Under the pieces are notes generated by a model. It was not told where the DNA came from and did not search any database. It worked only from the letters and a program-made list of their open reading frames with translations. Both the position numbers and the translations under genes were made by a program. From assembly GCA_944392445.1 (NCBI GenBank), contig CALXWT010000002.1:9367-73366 (forward strand): a stretch of DNA of 64,000 nt, read 5' to 3'. This document shows, in pieces, positions 9,475 to 19,564 of the stretch; the stretch's first letter is position 1, and each line of letters starts with the position of its first letter. Source of the stretch: an uncultured Clostridia bacterium. GTDB taxonomy: Bacteria > Bacillota > Clostridia > TANB77 > CAG-508.

Positions 9475-10476
9475 TTACTTCTTTCCTCTATCCAAAGTAT
9501 CTAAATTATCTAATGCCTTTCCTGTTCCTAAAGCTACGCATGATATTGCTTCCTGTGCAATCATAACATTTATTCCTGTTTTTACTTGCAATAGTTTATC
9601 TAATCCATCTATTAAGCATCCTCCACCTGTCATATATATTCCTCTATCACTTATGTCTGCCGCAAGTTCTGGCGGTGTTTTCTCCAGTACAGAGTGAACA
9701 CTATCTACTATCATCATTGCTGGTTCTATAAGTGCTTCTAACATTTCGCTTGAATGAATAGTTATGTTTTTAGGTAACCCAGTAATTAAGTCTCTTCCTC
9801 TTATTTCCATCTCTGTATCTTGTATTTTTGGGTAAACACAGCCAATATTTATTTTTAAATCTTCGGCCGTTCTTTCTCCTATCATTACATTGTGCTTTCT
9901 TTTTATATATTTTACAATTGCTTCATCAAATTTATCTCCTGCAACTTTTAAAGACTCACTAACTACAGAACCTCCTAAAGATATAACTGCAATGTCTGTT
10001 GTACCTCCACCAATATCTACTACCATATTTCCGCATGGCTTAGATATATCTATTCCAGCACCTATAGCAGCTGCAATAGGTTCTTCTATTAAGAATACTT
10101 TTCTTGCTCCTGCTTGTGAAGCTGCATCTATAACAGCCTTTTTTTCTACCTCAGTTACTTGTGATGGGATGCATATCATTATTCGTGGAGAGAACACAAA
10201 TTTACCGCATATTTTATTTATAAAATATTTTAACATTTTTTCTGTAACTGTATAATTTGAAATTACTCCATCCCTTAAAGGTCTTGTTGCTACAATATTT
10301 CCTGGTGTTCTACCAAGCATTCTTCTAGCTTCTTTTCCCACAGCTAAAACCTCACCTGTATTGTTATCTACTGCAACAACAGAAGGTTCTCTTAATACTA
10401 TACCCTTTCCTTTTACATACGCAATTACAGTTGCAGTTCCCAAATCTATGCCTATGTCTTGTCCCAACTTAAACAT
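9475..10476 (-). CDS. mreB: Rod-shape-determining protein MreB/Mbl (actin homolog); start moved to second Met
   Basis: MFKLGQDIGIDLGTATVIAYV... is preceded by RBS AAAGGAAAG. The first ATG of the track ORF has no RBS. Confidence 0.9.
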   Translation of the reverse strand: MFKLGQDIGIDLGTATVIAYVKGKGIVLREPSVVAVDNNTGEVLAVGKEARRMLGRTPGNIVATRPLRDGVISNYTVTEKMLKYFINKICGKFVFSPRIMICIPSQVTEVEKKAVIDAASQAGARKVFLIEEPIAAAIGAGIDISKPCGNMVVDIGGGTTDIAVISLGGSVVSESLKVAGDKFDEAIVKYIKRKHNVMIGERTAEDLKINIGCVYPKIQDTEMEIRGRDLITGLPKNITIHSSEMLEALIEPAMMIVDSVHSVLEKTPPELAADISDRGIYMTGGGCLIDGLDKLLQVKTGINVMIAQEAISCVALGTGKALDNLDTLDRGKK

Positions 10477-10593
10477 ACTTATATCTTTCCTTTCCAATAT
10501 TTCGGATGTATTTCATTTTTATTACATTTGCGTTACAATTATATTACATTTATTATAAAATAGCAATTATTTTTTTTATTTTAAATAAAAAAA

Positions 10594-10632
10594 CTACCTT
10601 TAATATTTATATTATATTTAAAGGTAGTAATT
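10594..10632. terminator. Hairpin terminator between mreB and the downstream gene
   Basis: aactacctttaa...ttaaaggtagt inverted repeat in an AT-rich context. Confidence 0.35.
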
Positions 10633-10664
10633 TTATACATTTTTTAGCTAATTTTCTAATTATT

Positions 10665-11093
10665 TCATAACACTTTTTCTGGCAATGTTAATAAATAAAA
10701 ATGTTTTATAAAATCTCTTTTAAATTTTAACTCGTATGATTTTGTTTCACCTGCTGTTAAGTTACCTATTTCTATATACTCAATTCCTTTTTGTTCGTAA
10801 TTTTCATCAAACAATACGAAACATAAATATCCAGCATTTATCTCGCTATCGCTTTCGTTTTTTACTTCTCCTTTTATATATCCATTTACATTAGTTGCTT
10901 TAGCCTCATTAACTGTAATAATTGGGTTTCCTGAACGTATGCTATATTCTGTAATATCAGTATACATTGTTTTTACTGCAAAATATGTTCCAACAGTTAC
11001 AAATGCAAATAATAATATAAACCAAATGAGCCATCTTCTTAAGTTTCTTGTTTGTACTCTAGTGTCAATAAACCAAAAATCATCATAACTCAT
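10665..11093 (-). CDS. Hypothetical membrane-anchored protein (142 aa) downstream of lexA
   Basis: N-terminal transmembrane segment then a beta-rich domain. No family recognised. Confidence 0.5.
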   Translation of the reverse strand: MSYDDFWFIDTRVQTRNLRRWLIWFILLFAFVTVGTYFAVKTMYTDITEYSIRSGNPIITVNEAKATNVNGYIKGEVKNESDSEINAGYLCFVLFDENYEQKGIEYIEIGNLTAGETKSYELKFKRDFIKHFYLLTLPEKVL

Positions 11094-11122
11094 TCTACTT
11101 CATTCCCCTCTTCTAAAATTAT

Positions 11123-11878
11123 TTACATTTTTCTAAATACACCAATTACTTTTCCTAGTATTTGGCAATCTGGAACTATTATTGGGTCCATCGTGCTATT
11201 TTCTGGTTGTAATCTTATATGGTCTTTTTCTTTGTAGAATGTTTTTACTGTAGCTTCGTCATCAATTAGAGCTACTACTATTTGTCCGTTTTCAGCTACA
11301 TTTTGTCTTCTTACTAAAATAAGATCTCCATCTAATATTCCAGCTTCAATCATACTTTCACCACTTACTAGCAACATAAAGCATTGGCTATTTCCTGCAA
11401 AGTCAACTGGAACAGGTACAGTATCTGTTATATTTTCTACAGCAAGTATCGGAGCTCCAGCAGTAATTTTTCCTACTATTGGAACATCTACCATTTCTTT
11501 TCTATTGTAAAAAGCTTTCATTTGGTCATTGTGCTTACCTACTCTGGCTGTATCGTAAAAATCTTCTTCTTTTTTTAATACTCTTAAGGTTCTACCCTTT
11601 TGATTTTCTTTTTTAATATATTTCATTGCTTCTAGTTGTTTTAAGTATGAGTGTACTGTAGCAGTTGAGCTTAACCCTACTGCCTTTCCTATTTCTCTAA
11701 CTGATGGTGCATAGCCATTTTTTTCAATTTCTTTTGTAATATATCTTAAAATTTGTTTTTGCCTTGTTGTTAACCCTTGCGTTCTTGGTTTTTTAGTTTT
11801 TTGAGTCTTTTTTCTTTTTGCTTTAGGCTTTGGTTTTGGTTTTGTATTATACTTTTTATGCTTAATCTCATCCTCCAT
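11123..11878 (-). CDS. lexA: LexA repressor (S24 peptidase) with a roughly 35-aa Lys/Pro-rich N-terminal extension
   Basis: ...[35 protein letters not shown]... is the HTH domain. ...[18 protein letters not shown]... is the cleavage-site region, and the C-terminus is the S24 domain. The N-terminal [22 protein letters not shown] segment is atypical. Confidence 0.9.
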   Translation of the reverse strand: MEDEIKHKKYNTKPKPKPKAKRKKTQKTKKPRTQGLTTRQKQILRYITKEIEKNGYAPSVREIGKAVGLSSTATVHSYLKQLEAMKYIKKENQKGRTLRVLKKEEDFYDTARVGKHNDQMKAFYNRKEMVDVPIVGKITAGAPILAVENITDTVPVPVDFAGNSQCFMLLVSGESMIEAGILDGDLILVRRQNVAENGQIVVALIDDEATVKTFYKEKDHIRLQPENSTMDPIIVPDCQILGKVIGVFRKM

Positions 11879-11909
11879 CTATTCATCCCTCCAAATTCGA
11901 TTTTACAAT

Positions 11910-11938
11910 ATAGTATCATACAAACAAAAAATTGTCAA
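11910..11938 (-). promoter_or_regulatory. Sigma-A promoter TTGACA-17-TACTAT upstream of lexA
   Basis: Consensus -35, 17-nt spacer and good -10 read on the minus strand. No canonical GAAC-N4-GTTC box is recognisable here. Confidence 0.5.
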
Positions 11939-12002
11939 ACAAATTTTTGATATTTTTATTTTTTTCCACTTGCTTGTAACAATTTACTGCTTTAAGAATA
12001 AG

Positions 12003-12151
12003 CAAAGGATGTATATTTTAATTTTTTATTGGAGTGCTTAAGGTGGGGACCGACAAGTTTACAAACTGTTAAACGAATCGTAAGTGAAGTTTTTACAGTT
12101 TGTACGTAGTTGGGGGCCGGAAATAAAAAATTAAAATATACATCCTTTGCC
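12003..12151. repeat. Palindromic element, family 2: 26-bp perfect inverted repeats flanking a GC-rich core (ggtggggaccgacaagtttacaaactgt ... tttgtacgtagttgggggccgg)
   Basis: gcaaaggatgtatattttaatttttt at 12003-12028 is reverse-complemented at 12126-12151. The core recurs at 42113-42245 (about 85% identity) and partially at 24521-24550. Confidence 0.55.
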
Positions 12152-12176
12152 AAAATAAAGCAGTAAATTGTTACCT

Positions 12177-13463
<1,287 letters not shown>

Positions 13464-13519
13464 TTACATTTATTATTTAGAATATATACTTACGTTCTTT
13501 TTGAATATATTCTATTTTT

Positions 13520-14536
13520 TTACATTTCATCAAAATAATCTAGTCTCATTGCCTTTTTTACTTTTTTCATCGTTTCTTTTGCAGCTTTTCTAGCTTTTTC
13601 AGTACCTTTTATCAACAATTCATCTACAAGTTCTGGTCTTTCTTCATAGTATTTTCTTTTTTCTCTCATTGGTTTTAAAAATTCTATTATATTATTTGCA
13701 AGCTCTTTTTTACAAGCTACACAGCCTCTTTTACCAGCTTTGCACTCTTCACATACCTTTTTGCAATCTTCTTTGCTGGTAAATAAATTGTGGTAATATG
13801 CAACCATACATACATCTGGGTTTCCTTTATCGTCCTTTCTAATTCTGTTTGGATCTGTAACAGCACTCATAACTTTTTTAGTTATTTCTTCTGGAGTATC
13901 AGAAAGATAAATGGCATTTCCTAAAGACTTACCCATTTTTTCGTTTCCATCTAGACCTTTAATCCTCTTCGTGCTTGATAAAACAGCCTCTGGCTCTGTT
14001 AAAACCTCTCCATAAATACTATTAAATTTCCTTACAATTTCTCTACATTGCTCTATTAGTGGAAGTTGGTCTTCTCCAACTGGTACTATTTTACCCTCAA
14101 AAGCAGTTATATCTGCTGCCTGACTTACAGGATAACCTAAAAATCCATAAGTAACACTCTCGCCAAAAAGCTCTCTTTTCTGTGCTATTTCAGTCTTTAC
14201 AGTAGGGTTTCTCTCAAGCCTCGCTATAGTAACCAAATTAGAATAAAATACTGTAAGTTCTGCTACTTCTGGTATCATAGATTGAATATATATAGTAGTT
14301 TTTTCTGGGTCAATTCCAACAGATAAATAGTCTAACATAACTTCTCGTACATTCTTTCTTACCTTTTCTGGATTATTAAAATTATCTGTTAAAGCTTGAA
14401 CATCAGCAATTAATATATATGGGTCATATTCACCTGAATTTTGCATCTCTACTCTAGTTTTTAATGAACCAAAATAATGCCCAATATGTAATCTTCCTGT
14501 TGGTCTATCTCCTGTTAAAATTCTTTTCTTTTCCAT
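13520..14536 (-). CDS. trpS: Tryptophan--tRNA ligase with C-terminal Cys cluster; start moved to the ATG after RBS AAGGAGG
   Basis: ...RPTGRLHIGHY... is the HIGH motif and KMGKS the KMSKS motif. The C-terminus ...CMVAYYHNLFTSKEDCKKVCEECKAGKRGCVACKK... contains a C-x6-C-x2-C cluster. Confidence 0.9.
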   Translation of the reverse strand: MEKKRILTGDRPTGRLHIGHYFGSLKTRVEMQNSGEYDPYILIADVQALTDNFNNPEKVRKNVREVMLDYLSVGIDPEKTTIYIQSMIPEVAELTVFYSNLVTIARLERNPTVKTEIAQKRELFGESVTYGFLGYPVSQAADITAFEGKIVPVGEDQLPLIEQCREIVRKFNSIYGEVLTEPEAVLSSTKRIKGLDGNEKMGKSLGNAIYLSDTPEEITKKVMSAVTDPNRIRKDDKGNPDVCMVAYYHNLFTSKEDCKKVCEECKAGKRGCVACKKELANNIIEFLKPMREKRKYYEERPELVDELLIKGTEKARKAAKETMKKVKKAMRLDYFDEM

Positions 14537-14689
14537 AAAATTCCTCCTTGTCACTTTGGCACCTTGGTGCCTGTCACAAAAATGTCATTTGGCACTTTTA
14601 AGGACAGGTCTGCTTGAGTTTTGCTTCTTTTTAGCCTGTCCCCAAACCCGACAGACTTGTCGGAAAAGAACCTGTCCCCAAACCCGACA
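14537..14689 (-). promoter_or_regulatory. Structured trpS leader with a 19-nt direct repeat (tgtcgggtttggggacagg x2) and alternative ggacagg/cctgtcc pairings; no T-box consensus
   Basis: Direct repeats and hairpins read from the sequence. The AATTAGGGTGGNACCGCG T-box motif is absent. Confidence 0.3.
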
Positions 14690-15536
14690 TTATTTTCCTT
14701 TTACCTTGCCCTTAATTCCTAGTGTAATAAAGTAAATTGCTCCTGATAATATTACTATCATTGGTCCTGTTGGTATATTATAATAGTATGATATTATTAA
14801 ACCTGCTACTCCTGAAAATAGAGAAAATATTATTGCATATAAATGGTACCATCTCATATCTTTTGCAATATTTCTACTTGATGCAGCTGGTAAAATTAGT
14901 AATGAGTTTATAAGTAGTATACCAATCCATCTTATCGAAATCATTACTACTATGGCTATTAGCACTACGAATATGTTGTCTATTTTTTTTGTTTTAACTC
15001 CTTTACTTTTAGCCAATGTAGTATTTATGCTTATCAAATGTAATTTGTTGAATGTGAAGTACCAAAATACTAGTACTACAATCGCAATTAAAAATACATA
15101 TATTATTTCTGTGTCTGTAATGCTTAATATATCTCCAACTAGATAACTAGAGTATCCATTAAAGTTTCCTGCTTGTGCTAAAATTGCCAGTCCTATTGCT
15201 ATTGCAATTGATGAAAACACACTTATTATTGTGTCAGCGCCATATGTTGTTTTATTTTTTACATAGTTTAATAAAAGTGCAAATCCTATTGCAAATATTA
15301 TCATACCAATGTTTAAATTACTTATGCCTAGTAGGCTTCCGAATAGCAATTCCTGTTAATGCTGAATGCCCAAGAGCATCAGAGAAAAATGCCATTTTGT
15401 TATTTACTATCATCGTTCCCAATATTGCAAATATTGGTGATATTAAAATTATAGCGAGTAAAGCATTTTTCATAAATTCATAATTTATAAATTCAAATGG
15501 CAATATTACTTCTAATATACTATCTATTACTTCCAT
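14690..15536 (-). pseudogene. ABC-3 family metal (Zn/Mn) transporter permease (ZnuB/MntB-like), interrupted by a 1-nt frameshift near 15341
   Basis: The N-terminal part (15318..15536 frame) ends ...DALGHSALTGIAI then RKPTRHK-stop. The body continues in another frame as ...LLFGSLLGISNLNIGMIIFA... Removing one base restores a contiguous, typical permease. Confidence 0.7.
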
Positions 15537-15654
15537 CTCTTCCTCATTTCTTTTTATTATAATTTCTTATATATCAAATTTAATTATTTAATCTTTACAA
15601 ACCTTCATTCTATTTTACATTCATTTCATATGAATATTTTCCTTTAAATTTCCA

Positions 15655-16395
15655 TTAAGACAACTCTCCAAATCTATTTTTAAACTCAAGACTTTTAAAA
15701 ACGTCATCTGGTGTCCCCTCTTTTATAACTTCTTTGTCTAGCAAAATCACTTTATCTGCGTATTTTTTTGCTAGCTCTAAATCATGTGATACTAATATTA
15801 TTGACATATCATATTCTGATTTTAATTTACTTATAATTTTATAGAATTCTTTTATTCCGTTTCTGTCAATGCCTGATACGGGCTCATCTAATATAAGTAA
15901 ATTTGGTGTAGGTTTTGTAGCTATTGCTATAAGCACTCTTTGTAATTCTCCACCTGATAAGTCCCCAATACTTTTATCTATTAATGCATCTGCTCCAAAG
16001 ATTTTTAAATGTTCTTTTACTTCATCATATATTTTCTTATCTTTTCTTAGGAATACTGGAATAAGTGTAATGCATGATGCGAACAAGTCGTAAACCGTTG
16101 TTGGCATGTGTCTTTCAATATTGATACTTTGTGGAACATATCCTATTTTTATTTTCTTAGTAACATTATCTTTTTGGTCTACGAACACAATATCTCCTGT
16201 ATGCTCTATTTCGCCCAAAATTGCTTTAAGCAATGTACTTTTTCCTGCACCATTTCTCCCTATAATAACAGTTAATTCTCCACAATGAATATGAATATTA
16301 ACGTCTTTTAATATTACATCTTTTCCTATTTTAACTCCAATATTATTTATTTTTGTACAGTGTAATCCACAAGCTTTCTCCATACACACCTCCAT
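15655..16395 (-). CDS. Metal ABC transporter ATP-binding protein (ZnuC/MntA-like)
   Basis: Walker A GRNGAGKST, signature LSGGELQRV and Walker B LLILDEP are present. Confidence 0.85.
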   Translation of the reverse strand: MEVCMEKACGLHCTKINNIGVKIGKDVILKDVNIHIHCGELTVIIGRNGAGKSTLLKAILGEIEHTGDIVFVDQKDNVTKKIKIGYVPQSINIERHMPTTVYDLFASCITLIPVFLRKDKKIYDEVKEHLKIFGADALIDKSIGDLSGGELQRVLIAIATKPTPNLLILDEPVSGIDRNGIKEFYKIISKLKSEYDMSIILVSHDLELAKKYADKVILLDKEVIKEGTPDDVFKSLEFKNRFGELS

Positions 16396-16399
16396 ACTT

Positions 16400-17446
16400 T
16401 TAGTTAACTGCTTTTAATATTTCTATATTTTCTTTCATAGCATTTATATATGCATCCTTATCTAAGCTTCCTGTTAATCCTGAATTTAGCTCATATATTT
16501 CTGCATTAGTCTCATTTGCTATAGTCTCAGCATTTGCTCTATTATCGCTTTTATCTATTATAATAATTTTTATATTTTGATTATTTGCCACATCTATTAT
16601 ATTTCTTAATGTTTCTGCAGACATTGTGCTTTCTTCGTGGTCAGTTTGAATGCTTGTAAGTTGAAGTCCAATATCTTTTGCCATATACTCAAATGATTCG
16701 TTTAAACATATCGCTCTTTCGTTTGATAATTCGTCTAGTTCTGTTTGAAATTCATTTTTTAATCTATTTAGTTTGGCAATATATGACCTCTTATTAGCCT
16801 CGTATACTGATTCGTTTTTTGGATCAAGTCTTTTTAATTCTTCTGCTATTGTTCGTACTTGATCAATATAATTACTAATACTTGTCCAAATATGTGGATT
16901 AGTTTCCTCTCCATCTAATATGGTTGTTTCTATACCTGTGCTAGAATCAATTACCGTCATATCTTCATTAGCTTCAATTAGCTTGCTAATAAAACTTTCC
17001 ATTCCCAAACCATTAGAAATAAAAATATCTGCATCTTCTACCTTTTTTATATCCTCTGTTTTTAACGTATAATCGTGTAGACACCCTACGTTTACATCAG
17101 CCATATTTTCAAGTTCTACATTGCTTGCTCCATCTACCAAATTTTCTGCAATTATATACATAGGATAAAATGAGGTTACTATTTTTGTAACTCCATCATC
17201 TCGGTTTAAATTAGTATTTCTGTTTATATTTAGTACAGCTATTAGAGTAATAACAGCTATTAGAATAATTGCAATGGACAAATATTTTATATATTTTGCA
17301 TTTGAATTTCCTTCTAAAATATTATTGCCTTTTTTAATTACGTTTGGTTTTGAAGTCTTTTTTAGTTTTTCTTCTGAGTTTACTTTTGAAGCTTTGTCTA
17401 ATTTGTTCTTTGAGTCTACCTTTGAATTTTCATTTGACTTTTTCAT
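16400..17446 (-). CDS. Metal ABC transporter substrate-binding lipoprotein (ZnuA/TroA-like) with a Lys-rich N-terminal linker
   Basis: 348 aa with an N-terminal transmembrane/lipobox region. The TroA-like fold is inferred from operon context and size. Confidence 0.75.
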   Translation of the reverse strand: MKKSNENSKVDSKNKLDKASKVNSEEKLKKTSKPNVIKKGNNILEGNSNAKYIKYLSIAIILIAVITLIAVLNINRNTNLNRDDGVTKIVTSFYPMYIIAENLVDGASNVELENMADVNVGCLHDYTLKTEDIKKVEDADIFISNGLGMESFISKLIEANEDMTVIDSSTGIETTILDGEETNPHIWTSISNYIDQVRTIAEELKRLDPKNESVYEANKRSYIAKLNRLKNEFQTELDELSNERAICLNESFEYMAKDIGLQLTSIQTDHEESTMSAETLRNIIDVANNQNIKIIIIDKSDNRANAETIANETNAEIYELNSGLTGSLDKDAYINAMKENIEILKAVN

Positions 17447-17599
17447 TATTTTTCCTCTTCTTTTATGTTTGTAATATTAAAAGTTTACAAACCTTATATT
17501 TTATACATTGTAAGTATTATAAACACTACACTATAATAATACCATTTTTTGTACAATATTTCAACATTTATATGGTATGGACTAAGATTTTTTGTTACT

Positions 17600-17680
17600 A
17601 GATATTGTTTTCGTAGAAATTTTGGTTCTAAATCTAGGTAATATGTATAAGCTTATTAAAAAAACATTATCTAGTAACAA
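17600..17680. repeat. Short variant of the MITE-like family (outer inverted repeat gttactagata ... tatctagtaac enclosing ctaggtaatatgtata)
   Basis: Shares the ttctaaa(t/c)ctaggtaatatgtata end and the outer gttactagata inverted repeat seen around copy 2. Confidence 0.4.
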
Positions 17681-17794
17681 TTATTTTGCAAAAAATATAA
17701 GTGTAATTTTATTATAATAAGTTATTAGTTTAATCTATTATAATTTCATACACTTATATTTTTATTTATATTTAATTAATAACTTCCTTTTCTA

Positions 17795-18079
17795 CTATTC
17801 AGCTGTATATGGTAATACTGCTATTTGTCTTGCTCTTTTTACTGCTAGAGTTATATCTCTTTGATGTTTTGCGCAAGCACCTGTTGCTCTTCTTGGAAGT
17901 ATTTTTCCTTTATCATTAACAAATTTTCTTATTTGATCAGCATTTTTGTAATCTAATACTAAATCTTTATCTGCACATAAAGGACATACTTTCTTTCTCA
18001 TTTTTCTGAATTTTGGATTGTAATCGCTATCAGAATTATTATTTCTATTATTTCTTCTATTCTTTTTGTTGTCTGCCAT
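17795..18079 (-). CDS. rpsR: 30S ribosomal protein S18 (with Asn/Arg-rich N-terminal extension)
   Basis: ...[60 protein letters not shown]... Confidence 0.95.
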   Translation of the reverse strand: MADNKKNRRNNRNNNSDSDYNPKFRKMRKKVCPLCADKDLVLDYKNADQIRKFVNDKGKILPRRATGACAKHQRDITLAVKRARQIAVLPYTAE

Positions 18080-18127
18080 TTGCTTCTACCCCCTTCTGTC
18101 TAAATTTTTCTATTTTTTTCATACACA

Positions 18128-18556
18128 TTAAAATGGTAAATCGTCTCCTGAAGATATTTCAAAATCTGAATTTCCACTAGGACTTGGCATTGCTCCAAAA
18201 GTAGCATCAAAGTTTGAAGAAGTTCCTTCTCCATCTCTTTTGCTATCTGCAAAATATGCTTCTTCTGCAACAACTTCTGTTACATAATGCTTTTGTCCTT
18301 GGTCGTCATCCCAGGTTCTAGTTTGTATTCTTCCTATTATACCAACTTGTTGACCTTTTTTGAAATATTTGCTACAAAACTCTCCAAGTTTTCCCCAAGC
18401 AACAATATTAATAAAATCTGCTTGTCTTTCTTCTCCTTGTCTTACAAATCTTCTATTAACTGCTAAACTGAAAGAAGCTACAAGTGTGTTACTTGTTTGA
18501 GTATATCTAACTTCTGGATCTCTAGTTAATCTTCCCATTAAAATTACTTTGTTCAT
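18128..18556 (-). CDS. ssb: Single-stranded DNA-binding protein
   Basis: MNKVILMGRLTRDPEVRYT... is the OB fold. The acidic tail ends DDLPF. Confidence 0.9.
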   Translation of the reverse strand: MNKVILMGRLTRDPEVRYTQTSNTLVASFSLAVNRRFVRQGEERQADFINIVAWGKLGEFCSKYFKKGQQVGIIGRIQTRTWDDDQGQKHYVTEVVAEEAYFADSKRDGEGTSSNFDATFGAMPSPSGNSDFEISSGDDLPF

Positions 18557-18612
18557 ATTTTACACCTTTTACCTTTCTTAAGGCCCCCGATTGAGTTTTA
18601 GTAATTTAATTA

Positions 18613-18891
18613 CTATTTTTTTACAACTATGAATTTGATTATTTCGTCAGTGATTCTATAGTTTCTTTCAAGTTCTGCTATTAGTTTTGGATTAGCTTCA
18701 AAGTCATATACTACATAGTATCCTTCTTTGTTTTTGTTAATTTCATAAGCTAATTTTTTCTTTCCTAATTCATTAACTTGTTCTACTTTTCCATCAGTGT
18801 TAATTAATGTTTGGAATCTTTCGATTAACTCCTTTAGAGCATTTTCCTCAACATTAGGATTAACAATGATAACACTTTCGTATTTATTCAT
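18613..18891 (-). CDS. rpsF: 30S ribosomal protein S6
   Basis: MNKYESVIIVNPNVEENALKELIERFQTLI... Operon order rpsF-ssb-rpsR is conserved. Confidence 0.9.
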   Translation of the reverse strand: MNKYESVIIVNPNVEENALKELIERFQTLINTDGKVEQVNELGKKKLAYEINKNKEGYYVVYDFEANPKLIAELERNYRITDEIIKFIVVKK

Positions 18892-19039
18892 TCTTTTACA
18901 CCTCCTCGTGGATATATAACCTATGAACTAGTCATAAGTAAGGATTAAAAAATAGCAACGCTATTTTTCTAACGCTACTATTCTATCATCTATTTGTAAA
19001 AAAATCAAGTAAAATTTGGCAAATTTACATAATTTTTAT

Positions 19040-19095
19040 TGCTGTATAATGTTTTGTAGAAATTTATATTCTAAACGTAGGTAATATGTATATTT
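19040..19095. repeat. Partial copy of the MITE-like family left end (ttttgtagaaattt...ttctaaacgtaggtaatatgtatattta)
   Basis: Matches the left terminus and flank of the 9085 copy. There is no right end. Confidence 0.4.
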
Positions 19096-19102
19096 ATCAA
19101 AT

Positions 19103-19131
19103 TTGACACATTTTCAAAAATATAGTAATAT
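19103..19131 (+). promoter_or_regulatory. Consensus sigma-A promoter TTGACA-17-TAATAT for the glmS leader
   Basis: Read directly. It lies about 65 nt upstream of the ribozyme cleavage site. Confidence 0.55.
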
Positions 19132-19196
19132 ACTATCTATAACTTTAAGAATAGCTTTACAAATAATTAAATTCTTAAGGAAAGGAGTTTTATTTT

Positions 19197-19400
19197 TTAG
19201 CGCCTGGACACAGAGTTAAGCAATGCAAATAATAGATTTGTTGTAATTCTGCTAGCTTTTAGCAAAGTTCAAAGCACCTGTGTTGACGAGGTAGAGACTT
19301 ATCGAAAGATTCGGCGGATGGTCTCTTGGTACTAGATTACTACCATAAATATTAGTCAAAACCTTGCAGTGATGCAAGTATACAAAGCTAATAGAGTAGT
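19197..19400 (+). ncRNA. glmS ribozyme (GlcN6P-dependent self-cleaving riboswitch) in the glmS 5' UTR
   Basis: A^GCGCCTGGAC at the cleavage site. The conserved core gacgaggtagagacttatcgaaagattcggcggatggtctc closely matches the Bacillus glmS ribozyme core GACGAGGATGGAGGTTATCGAATTTTCGGCGGATGCCTCC. It sits directly upstream of glmS. The end coordinate is approximate. Confidence 0.85.
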
Positions 19401-19564
19401 CTTTATTTGTAATGCTTTCTTGAAATTAAATGCTAAGAAAAGCAATCTACACGCAATAATATGAATAATTATTAGCATAGTTTTATAGTTTTTTAGCACA
19501 AAAATGTGTAACTTATTAAAGTTTATTTAATAAAGGTACATATATGTTTTAAGGAGGTATTTTT

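Noticed and set aside
14537-14689. T-box riboswitch upstream of trpS
   Set aside because: Expected by analogy but the conserved T-box sequence AATTAGGGTGGNACCGCG is absent. Reported instead as an unexplained structured leader.
14555-14690. Possible CRISPR-like array (two 19-nt direct repeats)
   Set aside because: Only two repeats. Both repeat and spacer are far too short. No cas genes. Better explained as RNA leader structure.
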